The translations under genes and the position numbers were made by a program. The notes beneath the pieces are model-generated. The model made no database searches, was not told the DNA's origin, and worked only from the letters and a program-made list of their open reading frames with translations. Below, piece after piece: positions 62,701 to 64,000 of a DNA stretch of 64,000 nucleotides (within the stretch, counting starts at the first letter, position 1; every line of letters begins with the position of its first letter). The DNA is from Eledone cirrhosa (taxonomy: Eukaryota), in assembly GCA_964016885.1 (NCBI GenBank), contig OZ024741.1, forward strand, positions 10,912,001-10,976,000, given 5' to 3'.

Positions 62701-63960
62701 TGTAGATATATTGTACTTTATACTGTTTACTGTAGACATATTGTACTTTATACTGTTTACTGTAGATATATTGTACTTTACACTGTTTACTGTAGATATA
62801 TTGTACTTTATGCTGTTTACTGTAGGCATATTGTACTTTACACTTTTTACTGTAGATATATTGTAGTTTAGACTGTTTACTGTAGATATATTGTATATTA
62901 TACTGTTTACTGTACACATATTGTACTTTACACTGTTTACTGTAGATATATTGTAGTTTACACTGTTTACTGTAGATATATTTACTTTGTACTGTTTACT
63001 GTAGAAATATTTTACTTTATACTGTTTACTGTAGATATATTGTACTTTACACTATTTACTGTAGATATATTGTACTTTATACTGTTTACTGTAGACATAT
63101 TGTTCTTTACACTGTTTACTGTAGATATATTGTAGTTTACACTGTTTACTGTAGATATATTGTACTTTACACAGTTTACTGTAGATAAATTGTACTTTAT
63201 ACTGTTTACTGTAGATATATTGTACTTTACACTGTTTTCTGTAGATATATTGTACTTTTTACTGTTTACTGTAGACATATTGTACTTTATACTGTTTACT
63301 GTAGATATATTGTACTTTACACTGTAGATATATTGTACGTTACATCGTTCACTGTAGGTATATTGTACCTTACATAGTTCACTGTAGATGTATTGTACTT
63401 TATACTGTCACTGTAGGTATATTGTACTTTACACTGTTTACTGTAGATATATTGTACTTTACACTGTTTACTGTAGATATTTTGTACTTTACACAGTTTA
63501 CTGTAGATATATTGTATGTTATACTGTTTAATGTAGACATATTGTACTTTACACTATTTATTGTAGATATATTGTACTTTATACTGTTTACTGTAGACAT
63601 ATTGTACTTTATACTCTTTATTGTAGGTATATTGTACATTACACTGTAGATATATTGTACGTTACATTGTTCACTGTAGGTATATTGTACGTTACATTGT
63701 TCACTGTAGATGTATTGTACTTTAGAATGCTCACTGTAGGTATATTGTACTTTACACTGTTTACTGTAGATATATTGTGCTTTAAACTGTTTACTGTAGT
63801 TATTTTGTACTTTACACTGTTAACTGTAAATATATTGTACTTTATACTGTTCACCGTAGGTATATTGTACTTTACACTGTTTACTGTAGATATATTCTAC
63901 TTTACACAGTTCACTGTAGATATATTGTACTTTACACTGTTTATAGTAGATACATTGTAC
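50720..63960 (+). repeat. Overlapping duplications at ~4.7 kb offset (about 50720-53460 versus 55400-58160) and ~7.0-7.1 kb offset (about 52340-56830 versus 59300-63960)
   Basis: ORF pairs: 51478/56252 (4774), 52377/57061 (4684), 53083/57797 (4714), 52377/59333 and 53083/60039 (6956), 53776/60762 (6986), 55876/63012 and 56264/63400 (7136). Local markers are CTTGTTACTG (~52980/57664/59936) and GCTATAATGT (~53231/60187). Confidence 0.85.
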
Positions 63961-64000
63961 TTTACACTATTTAGTGTAGATATATTGTACTTTACACTGT

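Larger units (their letters stand above)
1..64000 (+). repeat. 30-bp tandem satellite array, consensus GTAGATATATTGTACTTTACACTGTTTACT, ~2,100-2,150 head-to-tail monomers, open at both window ends
   Basis: The 30-bp period is visible on every line, as columns repeat twice per 60-nt line. Monomers typically carry 0-3 substitutions, with occasional 29-, 28- and 23-bp units. Translations give 10-aa repeats (FTVDILYFTL, YTVYCRYIVL, NSVKYNISTV, YSKQCKVQYI). No non-repeat insert was seen. Confidence 0.99.

Noticed and set aside
92-63854. All ORFs in the supplied track as protein-coding genes
   Set aside because: They are overlapping translations of the same 30-bp unit in four frames with no unique domains. 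They begin and end at sporadic variants or short monomers, and stops and frameshifts are propagated in HOR copies.
1-64000. CRISPR array: 30-bp repeat that can be read from GTTT, with TACTGTAGAT resembling the end of Cas12a repeats
   Set aside because: Repeats are directly adjacent with no unique spacers, and there is no leader or cas gene in the window.
1-64000. Telomerase-type telomeric repeat or plasmid/phage iterons
   Set aside because: There is no G-rich strand, and the kilobase-scale HORs with inherited variants do not fit templated telomerase addition. Iteron arrays have few copies next to a rep gene, which is absent.
1-64000. Pure sequencing artefact (rolling-circle or concatemer read)
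   Set aside because: Variants recur in ordered, hierarchical patterns with exact offsets, which random error on a single 30-bp template would not produce. Local copy-number errors in the HOR blocks remain possible.
1-64000. Variant pattern as a diversity-generating retroelement or antigenic-variation cassette store
   Set aside because: There is no reverse transcriptase, recombinase or expression locus, and the variation is not adenine-specific. The patterns are explained by duplication of blocks.

Overview
The whole 64 kb window is one uninterrupted, single-orientation tandem array of a 30-bp AT-rich monomer. The consensus is GTAGATATATTGTACTTTACACTGTTTACT (8/30 G+C; 14 T vs 8 A on the + strand), present in about 2,100-2,150 copies by length/30. 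The array runs off both ends of the window. I see no unique sequence, credible gene, RNA gene, transposon, inversion or CRISPR spacer. The ORF track is a by-product of a 30-bp unit that is stop-free in four of six frames. Size and organisation fit a eukaryotic satellite array, but I cannot name the family or host. The informative content is in the monomer variants. They define layered higher-order repeats (HORs): a near-identical 4 x ~4.29 kb block, 1,286-bp and 3,640-bp tandem duplications, and older ~5-7 kb units. They also form recurring ordered variant cassettes. Several recurrent double substitutions convert the monomer's quasi-palindromes into perfect inverted repeats. Each consensus monomer carries the forkhead core TGTTTAC. 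I cannot support a new gene-based system here. The best leads are the HOR architecture, possible templated (hairpin-driven) mutagenesis and a possible phased protein-binding array.
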